Positions 9,533-18,445 of a stretch of DNA of 64,000 bases are shown in pieces. How positions within the stretch are numbered: position 1 is the stretch's first letter; each line of letters begins with the position of its first letter. The stretch comes from a virus, in IMG/VR virus record IMGVR_UViG_3300010397_000042, positions 25,012-89,011 of that record, one strand, 5' to 3'. A program made the translations under genes and the position numbers. Below the pieces are notes generated by a model, which did no database searches, was not told where the DNA came from, and saw only the letters and a list, made by a program, of their open reading frames with translations.

Positions 9533-9765
9533 ACCTGCTAGCCGGCTGGGAACAGTATGTTGATTTTATTGGTAGCCCCAACGAAGCGAACGCCATCGCG
9601 GAGCTCTATCAGCAGGCAGGTCGAAAGGAGAACATGACGAGGACGGAGATCTACTTGATGCTCACTGGTCCGATCGTCGACATCCTTTGGACAGGTAAGA
9701 CTAATGGGGGCATCTAAAGGTAGCAAACGAGAACGCCGAAACGAACTCGAAAAGAAAAAGGAAAC

Positions 9766-9966
9766 GTGCTCCCGATGCCCTCCTCACGACAACGAAAACC
9801 GCGGAAGAAGACCCCGTACCGATCGCCACAAGAACCACCGATCCTAACACCAGAGGAATGCGAGCGTCTCTTGCAGGAGGGTCTAGAGCTACGCAAAGCG
9901 CTGGAAGAGCGTCTAAACCGTATGACTCGACTCACTGCTGAGGACTGGCATTTCAGGTGTAAGTGA
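9766..9966 (+). CDS. Hypothetical protein
   Basis: AAAGGA RBS; last plus-strand gene before the convergent junction. Confidence 0.5.
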   Translation: MLPMPSSRQRKPRKKTPYRSPQEPPILTPEECERLLQEGLELRKALEERLNRMTRLTAEDWHFRCK

Positions 9967-10174
9967 TCGGTTCCTTACAGAGAGCGCAATGATCGTCGCG
10001 GTTCTGTTCGCATGGGACCGCTTCCTTGTCGGTCTCGCATGCTCGGTTCCAAAGTGACTCTGGTATGTGCTCGTCTTGCCAGCAGAAGGCTAATAAGCGC
10101 ATACAATCGAGGCACCCAACGCCAAGCGTCTGGTCGCATACTTCAGTGATCAGACGTTCGTGTTTACAGCTCAT
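9953..10174 (-). CDS. Cys-rich hypothetical protein
   Basis: ATGA-coupled to upstream gene; CxH, CxxC motifs. Confidence 0.6.
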   Translation of the reverse strand: MSCKHERLITEVCDQTLGVGCLDCMRLLAFCWQDEHIPESLWNRACETDKEAVPCEQNRDDHCALCKEPITYT

Positions 10175-10458
10175 GGTGGAAACTCAACTCCTACGCAAAA
10201 AGCGCAAGCATCCTCGGTGGGGCAGTACCAGAAATCGCCTAGTTTGCGATTGCAGAGCCTGCACGTGAACTTCAGCTCGCAATAAGGGGCGATGCTAGCG
10301 GATGCCTCAAGGGCATCTAACGCGTCTACTTCTTCCTGGTCTGTTTCCGAGTCGATCTGTTCCTCTGCGATAGCTTCCCCCTCACGTTTCACGAGAGCAC
10401 GGGCGCTCTTGATTCGCGGTTCCGTGTCAAAACTTCGTTTGCTGCCGTAAGGTCTCAC
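10171..10458 (-). CDS. Hypothetical Zn-binding protein
   Basis: C-terminal CxxC...C...CxxC. Confidence 0.55.
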   Translation of the reverse strand: MRPYGSKRSFDTEPRIKSARALVKREGEAIAEEQIDSETDQEEVDALDALEASASIAPYCELKFTCRLCNRKLGDFWYCPTEDACAFCVGVEFPP

Positions 10459-10471
10459 GAGAGCTACGCCT

Positions 10472-10681
10472 TTATTCTCCGTGGGTCGAATCGAGCGGCC
10501 GTTGCCACCAACTCGCTTCGCAGTTCCGACACGTGCGGGCCATCAGGTCGAGATCTGATCGGTAGATGTACCTCACGCTATCTCCACCGCACTTCGGACA
10601 GGTGCACTCCTTTACGAAGGGTGGGTACTTGGGAGGAGGTTGGTCTGCTGGCTTTGCGTTCTGTCTAAAAGGATTCCACAT
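10472..10681 (-). CDS. Zn-ribbon protein
   Basis: CPKCGG...CRNCE. Confidence 0.6.
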   Translation of the reverse strand: MWNPFRQNAKPADQPPPKYPPFVKECTCPKCGGDSVRYIYRSDLDLMARTCRNCEASWWQRPLDSTHGE

Positions 10682-10691
10682 AGCTGCGCCC

Positions 10692-10910
10692 TTATCCTCC
10701 GTCGCTCAGTGCTCTGATGGCACACTCGACATCGCAGACGGATCGGATCAACTCACGAGTCGCCAAGTCGAGATCGATGTCCTCGTATGTTCGCTGAGAT
10801 TCAGCGTGCACGAGCGAGTGCGCACCGCGGAGCAGTGTGCAAGCCTGCTTTGCCAGTTCAACGGCCGCATCGATATTCGTCTTCGCGTTCTTCTCGATAC
10901 TGTTCAACAT
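10692..10910 (-). CDS. Hypothetical protein
   Basis: AGGAGG RBS before ATG 10910. Confidence 0.55.
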   Translation of the reverse strand: MLNSIEKNAKTNIDAAVELAKQACTLLRGAHSLVHAESQRTYEDIDLDLATRELIRSVCDVECAIRALSDGG

Positions 10911-11123
10911 AGCTGCGCCTCCTAACTCCGTCGCTCCTGGTAACCCAACCGCCCGTCTTCCACACCAGCCTCGTAAGCCTCGCGAAGCTTGGCCTCGACG
11001 TGCTGGCGGTACTTCTCGATACGGGAGGGCCACTGACACCCGCTCGGTACTCCGGGGTGACATCCGACGAGCCATCTTGATTCTAATCTGAAGTCCATGA
11101 TCTTCCTTCTCTCAGCTACGCTC

Positions 11124-11333
11124 CTAACATCCGTGACTTTTCACCCAACGAACGATCGCGGCATTCGAGACGGTCCACCATCGCCGCTTCTTTTCCGGAT
11201 CGAAGAATTCGGTCACAAGACGAACCACTCCCGTCTTGGTTGAGCAGCAGTACAGAGGCGCTCCCAAGGTCTTGGGGTAATGCTTTTGCTCGCACTTCTT
11301 ACACTGGACTTCCAACATCCTGACTTCCCTCAT
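11124..11333 (-). CDS. Hypothetical protein
   Basis: In operon-like run; AGGT RBS. Confidence 0.5.
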   Translation of the reverse strand: MREVRMLEVQCKKCEQKHYPKTLGAPLYCCSTKTGVVRLVTEFFDPEKKRRWWTVSNAAIVRWVKSHGC

Positions 11334-11360
11334 CGCACCTACGGAGTGGCGCTCCGTGGG

Positions 11361-11651
11361 TTATCGACAACCCTGACAACCCCGCGGTGTTGTGCACTCG
11401 GATGACGGATGTGTAAAATCGAGTGGTTTTGGTGTGACTGCGTCTCTACGGCGATCCAGTGCTTCATGAAATGCGGCGTTCTTCGCTGCCTCGATCAGAA
11501 GCGCTAGCGCTGATTCGCAAGCCGTTTTCAGGTAGACCTGAGAACATCGTTCGGCTTGTCCTGCCATTTTAGAGATGGTGTCGGACAGTTCGAGAATCTC
11601 GTCGGTTGTTATTTTTTGTTGTTTCATGTTCAAATCCAGATCGCAAACCAC
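11361..11651 (-). CDS. Hypothetical protein
   Basis: In operon-like run; start uncertain. Confidence 0.45.
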   Translation of the reverse strand: MVCDLDLNMKQQKITTDEILELSDTISKMAGQAERCSQVYLKTACESALALLIEAAKNAAFHEALDRRRDAVTPKPLDFTHPSSECTTPRGCQGCR

Positions 11652-11846
11652 TTACAGCTGATTACTAGGTAGACTCGAGATAGCTCGCCCCATTCAACGT
11701 AACCCCAGCTGATAGGACCCAGGCTTCCGCAGGAGCCTCGAAGGACGCAGCAATCTACCGGTACGTAAACGAACGGCTTTCCCTTCTCGTAGTCGAGATC
11801 GGTGTGGACCTGCCGGTAGGGAGGTCCCGCGATCGATGTTCCGCGA

Positions 11847-12074
11847 CTACCGCTCATGACCGCGTGCTCCGAGCAGATATCGAATTTCCTCGGATCGGGC
11901 TTTCTTGCCAGCCTCGTAGGCTCGCGCGAGCATGCGGAGGATGGTTTCATGCTCGAAAAGCCGGGTAGGGTGAAGGTGAACTCCGGGAGAACAACCGTGA
12001 TATCCAAGTCCGGGACCCCGAAATTCGTACTCTGTACCGATCGCGGTTTCATGTTCTTTTGCTGAATACGTCAT
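11847..12074 (-). CDS. Hypothetical protein
   Basis: ATGA overlap with upstream stop at 12071. Confidence 0.55.
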   Translation of the reverse strand: MTYSAKEHETAIGTEYEFRGPGLGYHGCSPGVHLHPTRLFEHETILRMLARAYEAGKKARSEEIRYLLGARGHER

Positions 12075-12268
12075 AGATAGCTCTTGAGCCAACCCACGGT
12101 GTTTTTCCAACGATACATCTCAGTCATGTCTTCGTGATTGTCGTCTTCCTCAAACAACTTCTTCGAATCGCGATAATACTTAGAAGCATCCGCGATTAGT
12201 AATTTGAGAAACGCCTGCTCTGCAGGTATCGCCTTGTAGCGAATTGCGCGTCGGGACTCATTTTTCAT
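12071..12268 (-). CDS. Hypothetical protein
   Basis: In operon-like run. Confidence 0.55.
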   Translation of the reverse strand: MKNESRRAIRYKAIPAEQAFLKLLIADASKYYRDSKKLFEEDDNHEDMTEMYRWKNTVGWLKSYL

Positions 12269-12312
12269 GCTGCTTCACCCATGGGACTAGATGTCGTGTT
12301 TTTGGAGCATGG

Positions 12313-12687
12313 TCATCCGCGCCACCCAGGTCTAATCGTGATCGAAACGTGGTTTGGTGCATAATTGTTGAGCAGTTTGAACATGTCGTTTCGGCCAACC
12401 GGATTCATCGTGTGAAGGATGATCTCCTCTGGCCACACATCGTTTTCGACCATCCAAAGCGCGACGTCGTAACCGGTAGGCTCTTTCAGCATCGGTCGAA
12501 TGTCTTCGTATCCGTAGAGGTCAACATGGTCGAATAGGGCTTGATCGTAATGCTCCTCGGCTAGGTCGTGATCGAGTGAGATCGCTTCCACGTCGCCGAT
12601 TCTGAGTTGCTCGATCGCGCCAGCAGCGGTGTAAACACGCTCCCAACCGAACGGAGCCGGTCGGACATCATCCAAGTAGACTTTCAT
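12313..12687 (-). CDS. Cyclic-phosphate processing receiver-domain protein
   Basis: KVYLDDVRPAP.GW...ISLDHDL...TGYDVALW...LHTMNPVGR signature. Confidence 0.82.
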   Translation of the reverse strand: MKVYLDDVRPAPFGWERVYTAAGAIEQLRIGDVEAISLDHDLAEEHYDQALFDHVDLYGYEDIRPMLKEPTGYDVALWMVENDVWPEEIILHTMNPVGRNDMFKLLNNYAPNHVSITIRPGWRG

Positions 12688-12893
12688 GATTCGAGGGGCA
12701 CCAAGCGAGAATAGGCGCCGAGAATTATTGGGTCGTGCTCACCGCCATTTTTGGCGTCGTACTTCAGGTGATCGTCACCCTCGCAGTGTACAAATCCTTT
12801 GGACACCTTGGCGATCGTGACGATCGAAGCCGTCTCGATGCCGGCGATCGAGAACAACTTCACAACCTTCTGACCCTTCTTGAACTTCTTCAT
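12684..12893 (-). CDS. Hypothetical protein
   Basis: ATGA overlaps at both ends. Confidence 0.6.
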   Translation of the reverse strand: MKKFKKGQKVVKLFSIAGIETASIVTIAKVSKGFVHCEGDDHLKYDAKNGGEHDPIILGAYSRLVPLES

Positions 12894-13987
12894 GCTGCCC
12901 AACCTTCTCCCCATAGGGTTTCAATCTGACCAAACCACTCCGCGTACATCGGTCTAACCGCATCTAGGCTGAAGTTCCGATTTGCGTAATCGGCAATTCG
13001 TTGCCTATCCAAGCCCATCGCCTCAATCACGGCTTGGCATCCTTGTTGTAGGGTCCGGAAGCGACGTCCAACCTGATGATTGATCGTTTCCGTAAACGCA
13101 CCCCAATCGCTGGCGACCACGGGGCAACCCGCCATCATCGCTTCGATGGCGACACCGCCGAATGGCTCGACATACAAGGTCGGCATGAGAACGCACGCGG
13201 CATTGCGTAGGAGCTGAGCTCGCTCGTGCTTGCTCGTAATCTCCCCCAGGTAGCGCACGTTGCCCTCAATGGTGCAACCGTCGCCCTGGATCGGTCCAAG
13301 GGCCTTCTGAGAGCCCCCAGGCCCGGCAATGAGTAGTTTCATTCCCAAGCGGGCAGCGATCTGACCTGCGATGTGAGGTCCCTTCCGAACGGTTACCCTG
13401 CCCAGGTAGAGTAGGTAGGAGTCAGGGTTATCGTTGACCGGTAGGAAATCTGCAGGGTCGAAGTAGTTGGGAATCACCTGATCGTAGGCACGACCGTTTC
13501 GCCACTTGTTCAGACCGTAGACGTGGTGCATCCACGAATAGCTCTCAAAGGCGCATGCGTTGGTGTAGATCCCCTCGTAACCGACACCCCACTCGACGGG
13601 ATAGAGCAACGGAACGGCATCCGAGATCGGTTTCTGCGCGTTACCCCCAATAATAAGGAGGAGATCACGAGTCTGAGCTCGTGCTTGCAACGCCGGGATC
13701 GCGCGAGACGCGAACAGCTGCCAGTAAGACATGTTCGAATCCCATACGAGCGGTGTCGAAACGGTGTTGAATCCGGGACCGAAGTGGAAGGTTCGTTCGC
13801 CTTCCGAGATGCACTCCACATGCTCCGCGTAACCCGAGGTACCGGAAACGTCAGCGCCCGCATAAAGGATAATGGGATAGGAGTTACCCATCATCTTGCA
13901 GAATTTCGCCACTTTCTGGGTGTATGCGCAGCTTAGGAAGCTTTCTGCAACCTGGGTATGCGGGAGAGCCAATAAGTGAAGTTTCAT
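12890..13987 (-). CDS. GT-B fold (GT4-like) glycosyltransferase
   Basis: LLYLGRVTVRKG, EPFGGVAIEAMMAGCPVVASDWGAFTE motif. Confidence 0.9.
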   Translation of the reverse strand: MKLHLLALPHTQVAESFLSCAYTQKVAKFCKMMGNSYPIILYAGADVSGTSGYAEHVECISEGERTFHFGPGFNTVSTPLVWDSNMSYWQLFASRAIPALQARAQTRDLLLIIGGNAQKPISDAVPLLYPVEWGVGYEGIYTNACAFESYSWMHHVYGLNKWRNGRAYDQVIPNYFDPADFLPVNDNPDSYLLYLGRVTVRKGPHIAGQIAARLGMKLLIAGPGGSQKALGPIQGDGCTIEGNVRYLGEITSKHERAQLLRNAACVLMPTLYVEPFGGVAIEAMMAGCPVVASDWGAFTETINHQVGRRFRTLQQGCQAVIEAMGLDRQRIADYANRNFSLDAVRPMYAEWFGQIETLWGEGWAA

Positions 13988-13992
13988 GACGT

Positions 13993-14021
13993 ACTATAGC
14001 ACGTTATTCAGAGTGTGTCAA
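13993..14021 (-). promoter_or_regulatory. Box-containing promoter, leaderless (GT4 gene)
   Basis: TTGACA CACTCTGAA-TAACGTGC TATAGT, ATG 5 nt later; TGA of -35 is the stop codon of the upstream ORF. Confidence 0.8.
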
Positions 14022-14194
14022 GCCGCGGCACGAAGTTTTGAGATTTCGTTCAGTTGCTTGTGGGCTAGGTCGCGGTAACGGCGCGATGCCGTTCCGTTGT
14101 TCTTGCCTTGATGGTAGGAGTGTTTTGATCCGCTGTACCAAAGGTGCAGTCGGATCGCTTCGCGGTATTGTTCGATGTAGTATGTTTCGGTCAT
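14018..14194 (-). CDS. Hypothetical protein (58 aa)
   Basis: ATGA overlap with upstream gene; MTETYYIEQYREAIRLHLWY... Confidence 0.5.
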   Translation of the reverse strand: MTETYYIEQYREAIRLHLWYSGSKHSYHQGKNNGTASRRYRDLAHKQLNEISKLRAAA

Positions 14195-14652
14195 TGTTCT
14201 AATAGGTACTGTAATGCGAGTCTTATCGGTTCGGGCATGTCTGGAAACTGTTCGCTGTTTACGAGCTGTAAGATCTGACGGTCCGGGATGGTTTGCTTGA
14301 TGCGTTTCAGGGTAGATGCGTTTGCTTTCGCGGCGTGCTCAGGCTTGCCGCCGTCTCTGAGCTCGCGTTGTATGGCCTCCCCTAGGATGAGTAGGGGGCG
14401 CACGTTCTTAGCGAGCGGTCTAGGCACGTCTGGGTTGTCCAGAGGGTTGTCTAGACCTTCAGTGTTACAGAATATTTCGAGTTTTTCGAGAGCATCATCG
14501 GGAAAGGATGCATGTCCGCGAATGGCCTTGGTGAATCCGGAAGTAGGAACGTTCGTCTCAGTCATCATGTCTAGGATCTCAGCTAATCCCTTAGCGGATC
14601 CAGCTGCACGGATAACCGGTAACCACGCGGGATGAACCCCAAGCTTTCTCAT
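14191..14652 (-). CDS. Hypothetical protein, possibly HTH-like at N-terminus
   Basis: 153 aa ORF; TTGCTG-17 nt-TATACT just upstream. Confidence 0.6.
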   Translation of the reverse strand: MRKLGVHPAWLPVIRAAGSAKGLAEILDMMTETNVPTSGFTKAIRGHASFPDDALEKLEIFCNTEGLDNPLDNPDVPRPLAKNVRPLLILGEAIQRELRDGGKPEHAAKANASTLKRIKQTIPDRQILQLVNSEQFPDMPEPIRLALQYLLEQ

Positions 14653-14698
14653 TTGGATCGGAGTATAGCAATCGCGATGCCGATCAGCAAAGCGAGGG

Positions 14699-14896
14699 TC
14701 ATAGCAGCGTCTCCTTTGGTTGTTTCCGTCCCCCTCCGTACACCCAAGTGAACGACCAGAAACGGGTTGGGGTTTCGATGGCGATCGAGCGTGTATCGAG
14801 CAATCCTGCTTCGCCTGGCCAGTAGGATAGGAACGTACTACCTAGGCCGATCCAATAGTATGGTGATCCATGTTTCTCTCCTCGTCCCCAGTTCAT
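14699..14896 (-). CDS. Hypothetical protein
   Basis: ATGA-coupled. Confidence 0.5.
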   Translation of the reverse strand: MNWGRGEKHGSPYYWIGLGSTFLSYWPGEAGLLDTRSIAIETPTRFWSFTWVYGGGRKQPKETLL

Positions 14897-15180
14897 GCGA
14901 TGGGCCTCCCTTCATCGTCGAACAACTCAGGGATCGGGAGCATGTCGACTAACTCACCTAATACCGTTTCGATTATTTCTCGGGCGCCTAAGGGCGGGTT
15001 ATGGTGCCACTGGATCGACTCGACCAGACGTCGCCTAGCCTGTTCCGGGTTGAGTCCGTCGAGTAGCGTTCCCTTCCCGTCAACCGAGGCGAGAGTGTAG
15101 TAACAACCCCCTAGTTGATCGTTGGCTTCTACCTCAGCGGTGCCCCACGCGTTGATGGTAACTCGGATACTAAATGCCAT
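14893..15180 (-). CDS. Hypothetical protein
   Basis: TAATG-coupled. Confidence 0.6.
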   Translation of the reverse strand: MAFSIRVTINAWGTAEVEANDQLGGCYYTLASVDGKGTLLDGLNPEQARRRLVESIQWHHNPPLGAREIIETVLGELVDMLPIPELFDDEGRPIA

Positions 15181-15485
15181 TATTGTCCCCTATGTCGTTT
15201 GAACCATTCACAATAGTCGTTTAGTGACATCGAACTGTAATAACTCGGTATGTGCAGCTCGACCGCGATCACGCAATCGTGATAATTCCAGTTGACGGCG
15301 CACATTTCGAGCTCATAGGTGAACGAGCGTTCGAATCCGAGAGGTCCGTCCGGTTTCTCGAATCGGAATACGATCCGGTCCCCTTCGCGTGGCACGTGAT
15401 CGACCAAATAATCACGTACCTTGTAGTTGAGATCCCGGACGTCGAGTTTCGCCTCGTCTAGGTTGGTGTGGAATGTGAGCTTCAT
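15180..15485 (-). CDS. Hypothetical protein
   Basis: TAATG-coupled, AGGAG RBS. Confidence 0.6.
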   Translation of the reverse strand: MKLTFHTNLDEAKLDVRDLNYKVRDYLVDHVPREGDRIVFRFEKPDGPLGFERSFTYELEMCAVNWNYHDCVIAVELHIPSYYSSMSLNDYCEWFKRHRGQ

Positions 15486-15799
15486 TACTTGCGCATCTCC
15501 TTACTCCAGCTACAGGAATCGAGCGCATAGCTCGCGGCCATGCGTGCACGTTGGCAGGCAGCACGGTGCATTGGTCCGCCGTGGAAGATGGCTAGATCGT
15601 CTGCCGATACGCTTACGCATATGCAAACTTCGGTAGAGGTGCTAATCATTTCCACGTAGGCCGCAGGCACTGCAATTAGAACCGCATCACGGATCTCTTG
15701 TGCGGATCTCTCGGCTAGGGCGCGATCGGCGACCGTACACAATCCGTAGATCCGAACTAAACAACCGTAACGATCACGCGTCCAGGAACAGCCTTTCAT
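15485..15799 (-). CDS. Hypothetical protein
   Basis: Coupled on both sides. Confidence 0.55.
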   Translation of the reverse strand: MKGCSWTRDRYGCLVRIYGLCTVADRALAERSAQEIRDAVLIAVPAAYVEMISTSTEVCICVSVSADDLAIFHGGPMHRAACQRARMAASYALDSCSWSKEMRK

Positions 15800-15972
15800 T
15801 CTGCACCTACGATGTGGAAACCTTCGGCAGCAAGTTCGTTTAGGAGTGTGTCACGGTCGCGACGTCATCGGAGCGAATCGCCTGTTTCCGCGTGATAGGC
15901 CTCCCAAACGTGATTTGGAATGGCGCTTGGGGTTCGAAGCTTCTTGACGATAACGGAAGGTTTAGAGCTCAT
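15796..15972 (-). pseudogene. 59-codon gene interrupted by an in-frame TGA
   Basis: ATGA overlaps at both ends in one frame; MSSKPSVIVKK...GDSLR*RRDRDTLLNELAAEGFHIVGAE; TGA at 15865-15867. Confidence 0.6.
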
Positions 15973-16223
15973 TCGGGTAGGTCCGGCGGGAATTCGCATC
16001 TCAGGATGTAATGACGTTTGATGATGAGATCGTGTTCAGTTTGGGCTTCGCTCTGCGATTGGTCGTTCTGTAGACACCCGATGTAGATGCGTTCGGCGTA
16101 GTTGTGGAGTGCTTTATAAGCATCCGAGTAATATGTGTATGGTCCGGCTTTGATCCCACCGTGATGGCCATCGGAGATCACCCAACGGCCAACCCATTCG
16201 AGGATGATGAATCGATCTCTCAC
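15969..16223 (-). CDS. Hypothetical protein (HGGI..GPY family, copy 1)
   Basis: Paralogous to 16468-16728. Confidence 0.65.
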   Translation of the reverse strand: MRDRFIILEWVGRWVISDGHHGGIKAGPYTYYSDAYKALHNYAERIYIGCLQNDQSQSEAQTEHDLIIKRHYILRCEFPPDLPE

Positions 16224-16471
16224 GACTGAGCCTCGACGATGCTGTTCTCGAGAGCATCCGAAACGCGGTGGAGTTGCGTCATACCCTTTTCCAGGATCTG
16301 GGTTAGCTTGGGGTTGAGGGCTGGCTTGACCTCAGTGAGGAGGGTCAAGGCGCGTTCAATGTTGCGGTGGGCTTCTTCCTCAACGTCAAGGTAATCCTTA
16401 TCGTCGGTCGTATCGTTGTCGTCGTATTCGTAGTACGACGGGACTTCCAGCTTGTAATGATCGTAACTCAT
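16220..16471 (-). CDS. Hypothetical protein with acidic N-terminus
   Basis: GAGGA RBS and ATGA overlap at 16471. Confidence 0.6.
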   Translation of the reverse strand: MSYDHYKLEVPSYYEYDDNDTTDDKDYLDVEEEAHRNIERALTLLTEVKPALNPKLTQILEKGMTQLHRVSDALENSIVEAQS

Positions 16472-16728
16472 GGTTCCTCTTCTGGAGTGTAGGTGGGCCA
16501 ATCGAGTCGAATGATGGTGTGGTAGGCTAGGAAGATCCGTTTCTCGCGTGCTGCGAATTCGGGGGTATGTCCGTCTCGGATCCAACCTTCCTCGATCGCA
16601 CGTGCGACGGCTTGTAGGTGATCGTTAGCGGTTCCCCAATGCTGGTATGGTCCTGGATCGATTCCGCCATGGTCGTGATCGGGAAGCACCCAATCACCAT
16701 TCCAGGCCACTATGAGCCAACGAGTCAT
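16468..16728 (-). CDS. Hypothetical protein (HGGI..GPY family, copy 2)
   Basis: Paralogous to 15969-16223. Confidence 0.65.
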   Translation of the reverse strand: MTRWLIVAWNGDWVLPDHDHGGIDPGPYQHWGTANDHLQAVARAIEEGWIRDGHTPEFAAREKRIFLAYHTIIRLDWPTYTPEEEP

Positions 16729-16797
16729 CGGATGAGGCCCAAGGTGAGTGCTAGTTGCAGACCGACCGAGACGAGCCAGCTGAGGTAGGCGAGCACG

Positions 16798-17259
16798 TTA
16801 CGCATTGCTGTCCTCCTCATTCGCGAGATGTACGTACCATGCGTTCAAAATGACCCCGGCAACTTGCTCGATCGCACATACCTGAATTATTTGAATGTGA
16901 TCCGTAATGTGCGAGCCCGTAGGTGTTTTGGATGGCTCGTAATATCCACTAGCGTTGTCTTCCGCATCGGTAAATAGCGGTGTACGGTGCATGTCGAGGC
17001 CCCACTGCCAGAGATCGTGGGAGTCAATGTCCTTCCGCGTTTCGGCGTAGCCTTGTAGATCGTCGATCACTTCTAGATCCCCTTCGTCAATTGCCTCGCA
17101 TGCGGCCTGGCATTCCGAGTAGATCCAATTTTGGGGTAGCGCACCATCATGGGCGTCTAGAACGGCTTTCATGAGCCAATCGGGACGATTGACCGTCAAG
17201 CCCCAGTAGAATTCCCCGTTACCCTTCGAGTGCTTCATCCAGAAATTTGCGAGCTTCAT
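16798..17259 (-). CDS. Acidic helical protein, possibly Ocr-like DNA mimic
   Basis: D/E-rich; loose resemblance to the T7 gp0.3 pattern; preceded by hairpin H1. Confidence 0.4.
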   Translation of the reverse strand: MKLANFWMKHSKGNGEFYWGLTVNRPDWLMKAVLDAHDGALPQNWIYSECQAACEAIDEGDLEVIDDLQGYAETRKDIDSHDLWQWGLDMHRTPLFTDAEDNASGYYEPSKTPTGSHITDHIQIIQVCAIEQVAGVILNAWYVHLANEEDSNA

Positions 17260-17260
17260 G

Positions 17261-17303
17261 ATCACCTAAAGCCCGCATCCCACGTGGGAGCGAGCTAGGT
17301 GAT
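17261..17303 (-). other. Intergenic RNA hairpin H1
   Basis: AUCACCUA-GCUCGC-UCCC ACGU GGGA-U-GCGGGC-UU-UAGGUGAU, then C-AUG. Confidence 0.75.
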
Positions 17304-17305
17304 AC

Positions 17306-17536
17306 TTAGCGCCAGCTTGATTCTTGCGCGCCTTCAATACGACTGAGGTTTACGCAAACCTCCCAATCGTCACTAGGTTCGCGTGCCAACAACAGATCAC
17401 CGATCCCGTATCGGTTCGGTAACTCACGCACTACGAACCACTCTCCTTCGAATCCGTCCGGACCGAAGCGACCCGATCCGTTGTAGCGAGACAGGACAGT
17501 GACCTTCAAGCCCTTTTCGTATCGTTCCGTCTTCAT
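17306..17536 (-). CDS. Hypothetical protein (SH3-like), leaderless
   Basis: ATG 6 nt after the -10 box. Confidence 0.65.
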   Translation of the reverse strand: MKTERYEKGLKVTVLSRYNGSGRFGPDGFEGEWFVVRELPNRYGIGDLLLAREPSDDWEVCVNLSRIEGAQESSWR

Positions 17537-17542
17537 ACCTAG

Positions 17543-17571
17543 ACTATAGCTCGGACCTCAGAGTCTGTCAA
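17543..17571 (-). promoter_or_regulatory. Box-containing promoter, leaderless
   Basis: TTGACA GACTCTGAG-GTCCGAGC TATAGT; the TGA is the RadC-like gene stop. Confidence 0.8.
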
Positions 17572-18038
17572 CCGAGACACGAACGAAATTTCATTTTTTC
17601 TGCAGTGACCACCAAGTGGTCAAGCATCGGGAGGCCCACGAGGTTAGCTGCAATGCCGATCGCGGCGGTGGTTTCGAGATCCTGGCGTGATGGTGTGGGA
17701 TCGTTGTTGGGGTGGTTGTGGATGAGAACGAACGCATCCGCGTGACCGATGAGAACAGCACGCAAGATATCCGGCACTTTCAGACTCGCCGAATGCGCTC
17801 CACCTTGGGAGAGCGTTGTAATGTTCGTGATGTCACCTCCCGAGTTGATGAGGATCGCGATCATGTATTCGATCGGCATGTGGCCAATGAGCTTGTGTCC
17901 GATGAGTGCAGCCTGAGCCGGATCGGAACACCTATCGATAGGGAGCGAAATGGTCTTCTCTTTGACCATTCGCAGGCCGACTTGCTTGATCTTGTACGAT
18001 TTCGTGCCAGCCAAAGATCCAACGTATTGGGAGTTCAT
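17568..18038 (-). CDS. RadC-like JAB/MPN domain protein
   Basis: E...HNHPNNDPTPSRQD...LDHLVV JAMM motif. Confidence 0.9.
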   Translation of the reverse strand: MNSQYVGSLAGTKSYKIKQVGLRMVKEKTISLPIDRCSDPAQAALIGHKLIGHMPIEYMIAILINSGGDITNITTLSQGGAHSASLKVPDILRAVLIGHADAFVLIHNHPNNDPTPSRQDLETTAAIGIAANLVGLPMLDHLVVTAEKMKFRSCLG

Positions 18039-18136
18039 GTGTGTCTGATACCTCGTGGAAAACGCCAGCGTGTGGCCATTGTTCGATTAGAACGAATCGT
18101 GATTGCGGTGGGAAATTGTAGTGGTCGTGATTGAGC

Positions 18137-18445
18137 CTAAAGTGTGAGTGTGACATGTTGGGTGGAAACTACCTTCCCAGATCTAGAGTATTCGCGCACG
18201 ATGGCTGATATCTGAGTGTCGCCACGTTCGCGGGCAACGGTTAGACGATGTCTGCCGTCGGTCAAGATCGGCGCTTTGCCGGGCCACACTTCGACTACGA
18301 TCGGGCGCATGGCTTTCCCGGATGCTCGTTCCCCTCGCACGATATCCAGGCTTTCTGGACGCATTCCCGAGTAGTCGATAGTTACCTCACGAATAGATGT
18401 CACCCGTGATTGTGGTGTGCTCGCGCTCGATCCTCTGCCGCCCAT
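18137..18445 (-). CDS. ParB/Srx-like N-terminal domain protein
   Basis: PIVV...ILTDGRHRL..ARERG...I; starts MGGRG. Confidence 0.75.
   Translation of the reverse strand: MGGRGSSASTPQSRVTSIREVTIDYSGMRPESLDIVRGERASGKAMRPIVVEVWPGKAPILTDGRHRLTVARERGDTQISAIVREYSRSGKVVSTQHVTLTL

Noticed and set aside
9406-9717. ORF overlapping the primase 3' end
   Set aside because: Start ambiguous and no motifs; a shorter gene may exist but cannot be supported
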